This document shows, piece by piece, positions 1-10,007 of a stretch of 64,000 nt of DNA; positions within the stretch are counted from its first letter, which is position 1; every line of letters starts with the position of its first letter. The stretch spans positions 576,001 through 640,000 of the forward strand of contig CAWGYA010000008.1 of the NCBI GenBank assembly GCA_963826715.1, given 5' to 3'. Origin of the DNA: Candidatus Bathyarchaeota archaeon (GTDB lineage Archaea > Thermoproteota > Bathyarchaeia > Bathyarchaeales > Bathycorpusculaceae). Below the pieces are notes generated by a model. It was not told the DNA's origin. It saw only the letters and a program-made list of their open reading frames with translations, and ran no database searches. A program made the translations under genes and the position numbers.

Positions 1-25
1 TTCAAAAAAAAGGTTTAGTTAAAGA

Positions 26-1276
26 TTAAGCTTGTTTTATAAGACCATACCCGATGAGTCTCCAACGAGCCGTGATTTTTCTGCTTATGGCAACTCTAGA
101 ATCAGGCAAAGCACAAATTGGACGCGTCAACTTTACTTTAATGACGTTCTGTTTGATGTTGAGGACTTTGCCAACGTTCAAGGCCGCTCCAATATGAAGC
201 AACAAGGTTTCGTCAGGATTTATTTTCTCGACTTTCTGGAGCTCTTTAGTTCCAACTACCCTCTCCAGTACATAGGTTTCCAAGGTGAGTTCGGTCAAGG
301 TCGGAGGTAACAGACCAGTCTTACCTGCGATACTACCTGTTAAACCATCCGCTTTAGAATACGAGGGGTCAAGCAGCGTTCCAACGCCTACCAAACCACC
401 GCAGGTTGCTTCTTTCACGCTCTGCTCGCCTGCGTGGAGACTTACGATTTGACTGATAAGCGGATCATAGACTACACGACCTTCACGCTCCGCCATAATA
501 CCGGGACGAATTTCGATTTCTTCGCCCACTGCAAACTTACCTTGTGCAATGGTACCACCAATGATGCCACCTTCCAGACCATCAATTGTTGTACCTGGCT
601 TGTTCACGTCAAAGGAACGAATGATATACATTAGAGGTGGCAGAGTTGGGTCTCTAAATGGAGTGGGAATTATTGTTTGGATAGCATCAAGGAGAACATC
701 AATGTTTATGCCCCGTTGTGCCGAAATTGGAATAATGGGTGCATTTTCTGCCACAGTACCTTTAACAAAAGCTTTGATTTCATTGTAGCTTTCATGCGCC
801 CGTTTCTCATCCACGATGTCGATTTTGTTTTGAACTATGATTATATTTTTGATGCCGCTAACTTCCGCAGCTGCAAAGTGTTCTCGAGTCTGTGGTTGTG
901 GACAGGGCTCATCAGCTGCGATAACAAGAATTGCGCCATCCATAATTGCGGCGCCGGAGAGCATTGTTGCCATCAAAGCCTCATGTCCGGGTGCATCAAC
1001 AAAACTTATGGCGCGAACGAATGTGGCTTCGGAATTGCATTTTTCGCAGTATGGGTGGATAGTGAAGTCTCTTGGAGGAGGACATTCGCACCGGTAGATA
1101 GGCATATCTGCGTAACCAAGTTTTATGGTAATACCTCGTTTGAGTTCTTCACTATGGCGTGAAGCCCAAGTGCCAGTTAAGGCTTGAACAAGTGTAGTTT
1201 TGCCATGATCAACATGTCCAATTGTGCCTATGTTGACTTCTGGCTGTTTCGGTAATGCTTTCATGGAGCTACTCAT
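26..1276 (-). CDS. eif2g: Translation initiation factor 2 subunit gamma (a/eIF2-gamma)
   Basis: GTPase motifs GHVDHGKT, RGITIKLGY, DAPGHE, NKID, SAQ; Cys-rich Zn knuckle; C-terminal WRLIGYG. Confidence 0.97.
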   Translation of the reverse strand: MSSSMKALPKQPEVNIGTIGHVDHGKTTLVQALTGTWASRHSEELKRGITIKLGYADMPIYRCECPPPRDFTIHPYCEKCNSEATFVRAISFVDAPGHEALMATMLSGAAIMDGAILVIAADEPCPQPQTREHFAAAEVSGIKNIIIVQNKIDIVDEKRAHESYNEIKAFVKGTVAENAPIIPISAQRGINIDVLLDAIQTIIPTPFRDPTLPPLMYIIRSFDVNKPGTTIDGLEGGIIGGTIAQGKFAVGEEIEIRPGIMAEREGRVVYDPLISQIVSLHAGEQSVKEATCGGLVGVGTLLDPSYSKADGLTGSIAGKTGLLPPTLTELTLETYVLERVVGTKELQKVEKINPDETLLLHIGAALNVGKVLNIKQNVIKVKLTRPICALPDSRVAISRKITARWRLIGYGLIKQA

Positions 1277-1384
1277 AGTATTCTTCTTCTTTCCGCTAAA
1301 TACTGGAATTAATAAAAGGAATTAATTATGGAAGTTTATAAGGTTTAAGCGTACATTATAACAAAAAGTGTTATTTTCTGTCGC

Positions 1385-1762
1385 TTAATCTGCTTTTGCA
1401 ACTGCCGTCTGAGCTGGTCTATCGACGATTTTCAGGTTAATCTGCATGATTTCATCAGTAATTACGCTTCCGCGGACAGTTTTTCGTCGACGTTCTCCTT
1501 CACGTTTAGGGTTGAATCCTGCTCCACCGCTAAGAACAACACTTCGACGTACACCACCGTGAACGTTTGGCCTAATTGGAACGCCGTCTTTGTCTGAGCC
1601 TCCCCTGATTTGCACTTTATGTGCTGGCAAATCGACAACTGCACCATCTAATGTTTCGCCCACTTTTCTTCCAATAAACGGGGCTGCGCGTGCTTCTTCT
1701 AGCTCTACTACTTTGGATGTTCCTGTTTGCGGGTCGGACACTATGACCTTAAACTTTGCCAT
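1385..1762 (-). CDS. rps6e: 30S ribosomal protein S6e
   Basis: FKVIVSDP, IRGGSDKDGVP, GERRRKTVRG motifs; next to eIF2-gamma as usual in archaea. Confidence 0.97.
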   Translation of the reverse strand: MAKFKVIVSDPQTGTSKVVELEEARAAPFIGRKVGETLDGAVVDLPAHKVQIRGGSDKDGVPIRPNVHGGVRRSVVLSGGAGFNPKREGERRRKTVRGSVITDEIMQINLKIVDRPAQTAVAKAD

Positions 1763-2292
1763 TTACTGATTAACTCTCCAGCGGATTATGAAGTTGGATC
1801 TCTCTCTATTAAGTATTTATCTCAGAGACCCCACAAATCAACCCAAACCTCTTTTCGAAAATAATTTCAGATGTTAAATTTGATCTTTGAAATTAGTGAA
1901 AACATGCAACACATATCAAGTAGTAGTTTTTGTCATTCTGATCGCTAATTTTGGCTATAGATGTGGTCGGGTTTGTTTTTCTGTAGAGATTGCATTGATT
2001 AGAATGCAAAGTGTGAGATGAAATTTTATGGGAAGGCACTCAGCATCTCAATAGATTTCGTAAATTATGTTTTGGGAATTTCCTGGAGACATTATTCCCT
2101 GCGACCAAATTTGACTCCGATTGAGTGAGTAATGATTTTGTCGAGAATAATGATTCCCGAAAAGTTAACCTACATAAACGGCACCGGGATAATTTCAAAA
2201 CGCATCTTGCAAAGTCCAATAACCAAAGGCAACTTTGAATATTATTTCGGCTTTATCAAAGCTCGCCTCTCTGCGATTGAAACGCCTAAAAA

Positions 2293-3588
2293 TTGATTTC
2301 AAACGTAATTTTATTTGTTGAGGTAAATGTTTTAATCTTTCCTCGGTGTCGTGCAAGGGCTATGTGGCGGCTAGGTTTCTTCTTTCATGAAATGGCTTTC
2401 GGTTTGTTAAGTGTCTTCATACCGCTCTACCTAATCGCCTTCAAAGACACTAGCTCCCTCGGAGGACCTCTGGTTGCTTTAGGCATCATGACCTCTGCAG
2501 CAATATTTTGCTCTATTCCTGCGTCGTTTCTATGGGGTTATCTATGCGATGCTACGCGACACTACAAAGCATTCATTATGCTTTCATTTTTATCATCAGC
2601 GATCCTCTTGTTTTTGATGACTCTACCGTTTGCCCACAACGCCCCATTATTCGTAGTTCTGTACATTGTCATGCAGGTTCTCCACATTGCGCATGAACCA
2701 CCTAAAAATGTCCTAATAACTGAACATTACAGTAGAAATGACTGGGAGAAATCCTTTGGCTTCTATGAGGGAATAACAGAAATCGGCTTCATTTTGGGGT
2801 TGGGTATGGGGTTAGTGTTAACTATAGGGTTGTTCTCTTTTACGGCCGCCCTTAGTGCTGCGGTTCTTGCAACGTACACGCTATATATTTGTAGCGCACT
2901 AAGTTTGGTCGCGTTTATCTTGGCAGTTATCTTGATAGCGGACCCCTTAATGATTTTTGAGCGAAGACTAGTTGGTATCGAAAGAAAAGTCGATTTCACT
3001 TACCGCGGAGCTCAATCTTATGGGCTAAATTGGAAAGGCTCCATTAAAAGGGAAAATTTTGCTGGTTTTGCCTTCGCTATAATAATGTTTTCGTTGGCCA
3101 CAAGTGTCTTCTCGACGCCACTGCCTATATTCATTAACCAAGGCTTAAACCAACCAATATATATGGTCTATGTAGCTTACATACTAACTTCAATTGGAGC
3201 TACAGTTGGCTATTTCTTAATCCGGGGAAAAGCGCACTCTATCGATTTAAGAAAACAGATGCCCCGTTTTGTGCTGTTGCGTGGCTTGCTAATCTTAGGT
3301 TTAGTGGTCGTTGTCTGGCTTGCTTTCGAACCAGTCTTGATGACAGGGATTCTGCTTGTTTTTCTAGGATTCGCATTCGCTATGTACTTCATAATGATGA
3401 TTTCTCGCTCAATGGAACTTATGCCTCAAGGCAAAAGCGGCATCTTTGACGTACTTGTTGGATTAGGCGCAGGAATAGGCTCATTCCTTGGTCCTTTCTT
3501 GGCGTCTAACTTGAACTATCTACCAACCTTTCTAATAGCAGCAGTTGTATTCTTGGCGGCATTCATAAGCTTCAAAGTTTCTTCTTAA
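2293..3588 (+). CDS. MFS transporter
   Basis: About 12 hydrophobic segments; motif A-like WGYLCD; true start may be downstream (ATG 2362). Confidence 0.85.
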   Translation: MISNVILFVEVNVLIFPRCRARAMWRLGFFFHEMAFGLLSVFIPLYLIAFKDTSSLGGPLVALGIMTSAAIFCSIPASFLWGYLCDATRHYKAFIMLSFLSSAILLFLMTLPFAHNAPLFVVLYIVMQVLHIAHEPPKNVLITEHYSRNDWEKSFGFYEGITEIGFILGLGMGLVLTIGLFSFTAALSAAVLATYTLYICSALSLVAFILAVILIADPLMIFERRLVGIERKVDFTYRGAQSYGLNWKGSIKRENFAGFAFAIIMFSLATSVFSTPLPIFINQGLNQPIYMVYVAYILTSIGATVGYFLIRGKAHSIDLRKQMPRFVLLRGLLILGLVVVVWLAFEPVLMTGILLVFLGFAFAMYFIMMISRSMELMPQGKSGIFDVLVGLGAGIGSFLGPFLASNLNYLPTFLIAAVVFLAAFISFKVSS

Positions 3589-4204
3589 CAAAAAACAAAA
3601 ATCCTTATTATTTCATATACAATTGAGTGGCCACATCTGCCTACAAACTATATTTGACGTGCTGGTAAAATGCTCTTTAGATTTTTCCAAACGATTCCAC
3701 TGATAGTGCCTTCTACCCAGGAATTGATTTACAAATTATTTGGTATATCCTTCAAACCCGCAACTTCGTTTCCTTCCCTAACCTAACGATTTACCGATTA
3801 AGGTGAGATGTTTGAATTTCCTTTTTTATCAAAATTTATTTTGGTAAAATGATCAATAATATCACTATAATCGATATTACATTATTCTTAAACGTAAATA
3901 AAGTGGGACTCTATAGATGTTCATCTCTTAGTTGCTCCAATAAATATTGGTTTATATGTTCCCCTTTAGCTGAAACTTCTTTTTTTACTTTTATAAGAAC
4001 AATTTTATTAGAGCATTGTTTTAGGGGTTTCTTTCACTAATGCCTCAAAAATACAAGTATTCCCAGTTGGTTTCTGCATCGCAACTCACGAAAACCATCA
4101 GAGGTGGCGTGATTAATTAAGTATGATACAATCAGTTTCCAGAATATTGCCGACGTGACTTTTAGGGTGGCTTCTGTCCTTGCTCCATAAATCTTTATAT
4201 TTTA

Positions 4205-4432
4205 ATGCTTGTAATTGAATGCTCCATACTCAATAGGAGAACTTTGATGTCTTGGACTGATTGGACAATACTCGGTGCCTTTGTTGGGGGATTTGTGTTG
4301 TTTTTATATGGCGCTAATACTTACAACGCAGTCGTAGGCTACACCGGAGTATACCTCTTTATTGGCTCTATTGCAGCCTACCTTATTATTTTCACATATA
4401 ATGAAGCTACCAAGAAAACAGTGTCTAACTAA
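4205..4432 (+). CDS. Small two-TM membrane protein
   Basis: Two hydrophobic helices; probable start ATG 4247 (MSWTDW) after GGAG. Confidence 0.6.
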   Translation: MLVIECSILNRRTLMSWTDWTILGAFVGGFVLFLYGANTYNAVVGYTGVYLFIGSIAAYLIIFTYNEATKKTVSN

Positions 4433-6036
4433 AAACCGTAAAGTCGCCCATATTTTTCGCTAAGGTAGGCTAAAAATGGTCCAGAATCCAAGTTCCCACC
4501 CGTTGCCAATTTTATAAGTTCTTCAGGATCATAGAGATTGCCTCGGTGGTGAATCTGTTCTTTGAGCCAGTTATTCACGCTTTCCAGTTTTCCCTCAGCA
4601 ATCTCGTCACGCCAATTAGGTAAATCCTTGGTTAGGGCTTGGTTAATTTGTCCGTCATAAATGTTTCCCAGTGCATAGCTTGGGAAATATCCATAGAGAC
4701 CGCTAGCCCAATGCATATCTTGCATAACTCCTTCTGAGTCATTTTCAACTTTAACACCAAGATAGTCAGCATATTTTTGGTTCCAAACGTCTGGCAGCTC
4801 ATCTATCATTATTTTACCTGCCAATAGATCCTGTTCAATCTCGAAGCGAATTATAATATGGATGCTATATGTGACTTCATCAGCCTCTATGCGGATTTTA
4901 GAGCATTTTACCCTGTTTATGGCTTGTATAAACGAGGTTAACTCCAAATTCATGGAAGATGTAACTTGCTCTATTTTCGGAAGGAAGCTTTGCCAGAATT
5001 CTTTAGAGCGCCCAATAACATTTTCGTAGAATCGGGATTGTGATTCGTGAATACCAAATGAACAGGGAGACCCAATAGGCTGGTACTTCCAATCCGCTTT
5101 GAGGTTCTGTTCATAGATGGCGTGTCCCGTTTCATGCAAAACCGAAAACACTGAGCTGACGAAGTTATCGGGGAAGTAGTGGGTAGTAATTCGAACATCA
5201 TCATAGTAACCTGATGTAAAAGGATGTTCGGTTTCATCCACTCTTCCCCCCGCCATATGTGATTTAGTATCGTAGCCTAGCGTATGCGTAATAAGATGAG
5301 TTATTTTGCGTTGAACATCAAGCGACATTGAGCGATTAGTGGTTTCAACGTTGGATTGGCACCGCTCGATTTTTTCTATTATGGACCTAAGTCCAGAAAG
5401 CAGCTGATTGAAAGTTTTAGTTATGGTTTCGGCTGACATATTTGGTTCAAAATTGTCAATTAATGCTTCATAAGGAGTCCTGGTTTTTTTGACCTTCATT
5501 AAGATATCTGCTGCTTCCCTTGTCAAGTCAAGCAGTTTCTGTAAATCTGTCTTGAAGATTCTAAAATCCTTTTTTACTTTTGCCCTCTTCCAAATGTTGA
5601 CGGTTACTGCTTGCTGCATCGCCAACTCACCTATCAACTTCTCAGGCAATGCAGTTTGTTCCTTGTAATTTTTGTCTATAAGGTAAATGTTTCTCTTTTC
5701 GATTTGCCCCAAGTTAGGGTATTGTGGACTATTTTTTATTGCAACTAATAGCTGGCCGATCTCATGGTCCGTACCCAATTTATGATGTAATCGACTAAGT
5801 AAACCTAACTGCTCGCTCCGCTGTTGAACTCCTTTAGGCGGCATCATGGTTTCCATATCCCAGTTGATTATGCCCTCTGCCGTTGAAAGAATGAATACAT
5901 CTTTGGTTTTTGACAAAAGAGCCGTATAAGCAGAATCTTTAGTTTCCCTCAAAACATAAGTCTCCAGCCATGTTTCAAATAAGCTCCCTTTATTTAGCCA
6001 TTTTTGAATGAATATACAGAAAACTATCAGTGCCAT
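4429..6036 (-). CDS. Carboxypeptidase M32 (Taq-type)
   Basis: HPF, DVRITT, HETGH (HEXXH), HESQS, IRIEAD, QDMHW, GYFPSYALG motifs; true start probably downstream of 6036. Confidence 0.95.
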   Translation of the reverse strand: MALIVFCIFIQKWLNKGSLFETWLETYVLRETKDSAYTALLSKTKDVFILSTAEGIINWDMETMMPPKGVQQRSEQLGLLSRLHHKLGTDHEIGQLLVAIKNSPQYPNLGQIEKRNIYLIDKNYKEQTALPEKLIGELAMQQAVTVNIWKRAKVKKDFRIFKTDLQKLLDLTREAADILMKVKKTRTPYEALIDNFEPNMSAETITKTFNQLLSGLRSIIEKIERCQSNVETTNRSMSLDVQRKITHLITHTLGYDTKSHMAGGRVDETEHPFTSGYYDDVRITTHYFPDNFVSSVFSVLHETGHAIYEQNLKADWKYQPIGSPCSFGIHESQSRFYENVIGRSKEFWQSFLPKIEQVTSSMNLELTSFIQAINRVKCSKIRIEADEVTYSIHIIIRFEIEQDLLAGKIMIDELPDVWNQKYADYLGVKVENDSEGVMQDMHWASGLYGYFPSYALGNIYDGQINQALTKDLPNWRDEIAEGKLESVNNWLKEQIHHRGNLYDPEELIKLATGGNLDSGPFLAYLSEKYGRLYGF

Positions 6037-6140
6037 ATCGGAGTTTGGCTACCTTAATACATAATCGAAAGCAAGTTATTTATTTGGTTGCAAAAGCTTT
6101 TATTGGTGAAAAAACTGCCTTTTAACGAGGATAATCAAAA

Positions 6141-6818
6141 ATGAGCACTATAGAATCCAGTAAAACGATGGCATTGATTGGCTCCATACTATTGATACTC
6201 AGCTCCGTTGTTCCTTACGGAGGAATCGTTGTAGGCATCATTGGGGTTATTCTCCTACTCATGGCAATCAAAGGTTTTTCGGTTTACTACCGAGACCCTG
6301 AAATGTACCAAAATGCGGTAAAGGGTTTTATATTCTATATAATTGCAGTAATCGCTGCCGGAATAGCAATCATTTTATTGGCTATTGGGATTTTCAGCAT
6401 ACTCTTTGCATTTGTTGGAATAGCTGCCCTAATAGCGGGTATAGTCGTAGCTTTCATATTCTATTTAATGGCTGCACAACGTCTTAGAACAACATTGAAT
6501 GCACTGGCGCAAAGAACGGGCGAACGTAGTTTTGAAACAGCAGGAACACTATTGCGGGTGGGAGCAATACTGAGCATAATAATCATCGGTTTTATCTTGA
6601 TTTTAGTCGCTTGGATATTTGCCGCAATAGGTTTCTTACAAATGAAAACCTCTGGACAACAATCCAACCAACAAAATGAATCTACGCCTCCACCGCCTCC
6701 ACCTCCAACTACTCATACAACTCAGGCAAATCCCTTCTGTCCAAATTGCGGTGCACCCATTAAACCTGGAAGCACTTTCTGTAGCAATTGTGGAAAACCC
6801 CTTAACCAATCCGCCTAA
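6141..6818 (+). CDS. DUF996-like membrane protein with C-terminal zinc ribbon
   Basis: Multiple TM helices, F..AG.L..GA.L motif, Pro-rich linker, CPNCG...FCSNCG. Confidence 0.8.
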   Translation: MSTIESSKTMALIGSILLILSSVVPYGGIVVGIIGVILLLMAIKGFSVYYRDPEMYQNAVKGFIFYIIAVIAAGIAIILLAIGIFSILFAFVGIAALIAGIVVAFIFYLMAAQRLRTTLNALAQRTGERSFETAGTLLRVGAILSIIIIGFILILVAWIFAAIGFLQMKTSGQQSNQQNESTPPPPPPPTTHTTQANPFCPNCGAPIKPGSTFCSNCGKPLNQSA

Positions 6819-6832
6819 CCTTTTTTTCTTTT
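6819..6832 (+). terminator. Oligo-T tract, candidate archaeal terminator
   Basis: cctttttttctttt immediately after the stop codon. Confidence 0.4.
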
Positions 6833-6892
6833 GTTGTATCTTCTGTGCAATCACAATAGTTTAAGAACTTAGAAAACGTGCTTTAACTTGAA

Positions 6893-7117
6893 GTGAATGC
6901 TTTGAAACTTTTTTTCAATTACCAAATTAAGGCTAACTCGAACCTTCCAAAATCAGCACCTTTCCCTGAAGAACCACTTGAACAAATGCCAAAGAGTAGG
7001 TTGGTATGCGCAATATGTGGCAAAATTTTTAAAACTCACAGTGAACTCGACAGGCATATGGAGCAGATGCATGGAAACCCAGAAAAAACTCATACTGGAA
7101 GGCACCGCGAAGAATAA
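6893..7117 (+). CDS. Small C2H2 zinc-finger protein
   Basis: CAICGKIFKTHSELDRHMEQMH matches C-x2-C-x3-F-x5-L-x2-H-x4-H; start uncertain. Confidence 0.65.
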   Translation: MNALKLFFNYQIKANSNLPKSAPFPEEPLEQMPKSRLVCAICGKIFKTHSELDRHMEQMHGNPEKTHTGRHREE

Positions 7118-7127
7118 GCAAAATTAG

Positions 7128-7202
7128 TGCTCCGGCCGGGATTCGGACCCGGGTCGCCGACTCGAAAGGCCGGCATACTTGACCGGACTATACTACCGGA
7201 GC
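7128..7202 (-). tRNA. tRNA-Glu(TTC)
   Basis: Cloverleaf read by hand: acceptor GCTCCGG/CCGGAGC, anticodon arm CCGGC-CTTTCGA-GTCGG, T arm CCGGG-TCCGAAT-CCCGG; no intron, CCA not encoded. Confidence 0.93.
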
Positions 7203-7271
7203 GCAAATGCTGAAAGCACAAGCAGAATACAATTTCCCATGAATAAACCTTACCCTTGCAGAAGATCTCTT

Positions 7272-7820
7272 TTAGCTAATAAGGTTCTTCCGATATGATT
7301 TTTTGGTTGTTTTCGCTTTTGGAGTGAAGAGAAAACCAGTGATTTGCTCGACGAGTTTAGCTTGGTCTCTGCTGATTTTTTCGAGTCCCTCAATTCGTTT
7401 CTCTAAATCGTTGGAAATAATTTTGCCTTCAATACGGTTGGCGCTGCGGAACATGAGCAGCATCTTGAAGACCTCATCGATTGCTTTCTCCTGCTCGCTA
7501 ATTGAGGTGGATTTGGTACCTGCTACAATGGAAAGCAAATCCACGTAGTGTTCTTTAATTTTTAATTCGGCGTTAACGGAGGGGTCGGTTGGGAAGGCAA
7601 TGCTAAGGGGCGTTTGTTTAGCGAGTTCTGCGGCAGTTGGGAAACGGATTATAATATCCCCTCTTATCCAGGAAGCGATGAATTCTGTGACAAATCTCCG
7701 TATATCTTGCTTGGAAAATAGCAGTGAAGGCTCAGTCTTCTCTTCAGGTTTACGTTTGATTCTTACACTGATAATCTTTCTGTCATCCGCGTTATTCGGT
7801 AGTTGATTTGACATTTGCAT
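7272..7820 (-). CDS. Hypothetical protein with C-terminal coiled coil
   Basis: 182 aa ORF filling the gap between tRNA and HD gene; no recognised motif. Confidence 0.65.
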   Translation of the reverse strand: MQMSNQLPNNADDRKIISVRIKRKPEEKTEPSLLFSKQDIRRFVTEFIASWIRGDIIIRFPTAAELAKQTPLSIAFPTDPSVNAELKIKEHYVDLLSIVAGTKSTSISEQEKAIDEVFKMLLMFRSANRIEGKIISNDLEKRIEGLEKISRDQAKLVEQITGFLFTPKAKTTKKSYRKNLIS

Positions 7821-7887
7821 CCTTCCAAATTACAGAGAGCACTATATTATTCTCCTTAGCACTAGTATTTAAGAGACAGCTAGTATT

Positions 7888-9207
7888 TTAGAAGGAAATT
7901 TTTGCGGCTGATGGAATCTTCCCTAAAATCTTGGCGGTTGCCTTTTCTACTTCGGCGCGGTCAGCTTCATTAGTGTAAACTCGGAGAATATTCATGAATC
8001 CTTTGAGAGTTTCAAAAATTTTGGAGCTTTCGCTAAGTCTTTGTAACTTCTTTTCACCTGACTGCCGCGTGAAAGCGGGGATTTCCATTGATTCCATTAA
8101 AACGGCATGATGGTACGGCACAGAGGGGACAGTAGGTACGTCAATAATTACGGATTCCAGCTTTAAACCTGCCTCTTTGGCGATTTCACTTTGCATCTGA
8201 TGCCTATAAGACTCGCGACCAAAGAGATTGGAAATCATTGTGTCTTTCTCGTAGAATGTCCTTTCATAAGCGCATTTAAGCATGCGTCGATTCTCTAAAT
8301 TACCAATAATTTCCTTTGATGCCTTGCATTTTTTAAGCCCCGACCAAACCGTATAGTCATCAAGCAGAAGGTAATCCTCTGGAGTTTTAAACGATGTTAA
8401 ACCAAGTTCCTCATTAGCTTTTTCCATGGCGGACGCCAGCATGATTTGAGCAGCTCTGCCGACTCGATGAAAGTATATGCTTTTGAAGGATTCTATGCGG
8501 GCAATCATGAATGCCTCCAGTGCCGAGAGCGCACCTAGCTCCACCGCCAGGTTTTCACCCATTACATCCAGTGCGTGGATGAGGCGGTACACGTCGATAA
8601 AACCGTATTCAGCACCTGTATGGTATGTGTCACGGACGATGAAGTCCTGTTTGTCAACGTCTACGGCGCTACTGATTATTTGGTCAAGAAATGCGAGGTT
8701 TTTCTTATGTAGTTTTCCAACCGCCAGCCCCGCGACTTCTTTTGGGTTATAACCCAATTTTGAGAGGTTATCGGCTATCACACTATCCTCAATTATCCAT
8801 GCAGTAATGTCCTCATGAGTCTTCTCAAGGTCTTTGATAAGGAGTTGCTCAAAAACGTGGCTGAAGGGGCCGTGTCCACAGTCATGAAGTAAAGCGGAGA
8901 CGCGGCACATGTCTACTTCTTCCTCGCTGACGATTCGAGAAATATTGGGGTTTTCAAGAACCTGCCCTGCAAGGTACATAACCCCGAGACTATGTTCGAA
9001 CCGGGTGTGATTGGCGCCGGGGTATACATACTCTGAGCCAGCAAGCTGCCTTAGCCTCCGCAGCCTCTGCATTGGGTAACTATCGATGATTTTTTTCTCG
9101 GATTCGGTAATATACACGTATCCGTGGACAGGGTCTTTGATTTCACCCCAATAAGCTTTTGGCACAAGTGTTGCCTCAGATGACAGGTTATATTTATGTA
9201 TCTCCAA
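7888..9207 (-). CDS. HD-domain phosphohydrolase (SAMHD1/dNTP triphosphohydrolase-like)
   Basis: IKDPVHG, QRLRRLRQL, HTRFEHSLG, LLHDCGHGPFSH, DVDKQDFIVRD. Confidence 0.92.
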   Translation of the reverse strand: MEIHKYNLSSEATLVPKAYWGEIKDPVHGYVYITESEKKIIDSYPMQRLRRLRQLAGSEYVYPGANHTRFEHSLGVMYLAGQVLENPNISRIVSEEEVDMCRVSALLHDCGHGPFSHVFEQLLIKDLEKTHEDITAWIIEDSVIADNLSKLGYNPKEVAGLAVGKLHKKNLAFLDQIISSAVDVDKQDFIVRDTYHTGAEYGFIDVYRLIHALDVMGENLAVELGALSALEAFMIARIESFKSIYFHRVGRAAQIMLASAMEKANEELGLTSFKTPEDYLLLDDYTVWSGLKKCKASKEIIGNLENRRMLKCAYERTFYEKDTMISNLFGRESYRHQMQSEIAKEAGLKLESVIIDVPTVPSVPYHHAVLMESMEIPAFTRQSGEKKLQRLSESSKIFETLKGFMNILRVYTNEADRAEVEKATAKILGKIPSAAKISF

Positions 9208-9227
9208 TTAATGTGTAACGCTAAAAA

Positions 9228-9866
9228 GTGTCGGCGACTGGCATGGTCAAAAAGGGCATATTCCTCGTCATCGAAGGCTTAGATGGAAGCGGTAAAACCA
9301 CACAAGCAGCGCTTTTGGCAGAGAAACTTGCAAAAACCTATGAAGTGCTGCTAACTGCAGAGCCAAGCAGAGGCAAAATTGGATCCTTCATCCGCAACAA
9401 TTGCCTCTATGAGCAATGCCGTCTCCCCACTGAAGCTGAAGCGCTCCTCTTTGCTGCTGACCGCATTGAACACATACAAACCGAACTCAAACCCGCCCTT
9501 GAAGCTAGAAAACTCATAATTTGCGACCGTTATATCTACTCGTCCCTTGCCTATCAGGGCGATGATGACTTAAGTTTAGAGTGGATAAAAACCATTAATG
9601 TCCGAGCTTTAAAGCCAGATTTTAGCTTATTCATCGATGTATCTCCTGAGCGAGTTCTGGAACGATTGCACCGCAAAAAATCGGTAATGGAAACACTTGG
9701 AACCCAGCAGAGAGTCCGCAATGTATACATGCAGTTTGTCAAGAAAGGAGAGCTTATTCGAATCGATGGGGAAAGGGAGAAGATAGTGGTGGCAGATGAA
9801 ATATACTCTAAAGTTATCGAATTACTGGCACCGTTTGAGGATTTTGTGTTGCGCACTAAGCACTAA
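9228..9866 (+). CDS. tmk: Thymidylate kinase
   Basis: IEGLDGSGKTT P-loop, LLFAADR, DRYIYSSLAYQ. Confidence 0.96.
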   Translation: MSATGMVKKGIFLVIEGLDGSGKTTQAALLAEKLAKTYEVLLTAEPSRGKIGSFIRNNCLYEQCRLPTEAEALLFAADRIEHIQTELKPALEARKLIICDRYIYSSLAYQGDDDLSLEWIKTINVRALKPDFSLFIDVSPERVLERLHRKKSVMETLGTQQRVRNVYMQFVKKGELIRIDGEREKIVVADEIYSKVIELLAPFEDFVLRTKH

Positions 9867-10007
9867 TTTTTAAAACGCAGAGAAAAGGGTCAGCCAATAA
9901 TTTATCCACCTATAACTAAATTACTATAGGTTTTATGGAATAGACCTTTATTGGCAGCTAATGATTTGGATTACATGCTAAAATAGTAAAATAAAAAAAT
10001 TTTTGTT

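Noticed and set aside
1800-2296. Intergenic stretch with a 54-codon ORF (MILSRIMIPEK...)
   Set aside because: No motif or structure recognised; not enough support to call
6683-6710. CCT/CCA/CCG repeat tract
   Set aside because: Encodes the poly-proline linker of the DUF996-like protein
7128-7202. tRNA-Glu or tRNA-Arg as the attachment site of the element
   Set aside because: I saw no duplicated tRNA 3' end; the direct repeat maps to UPF0147
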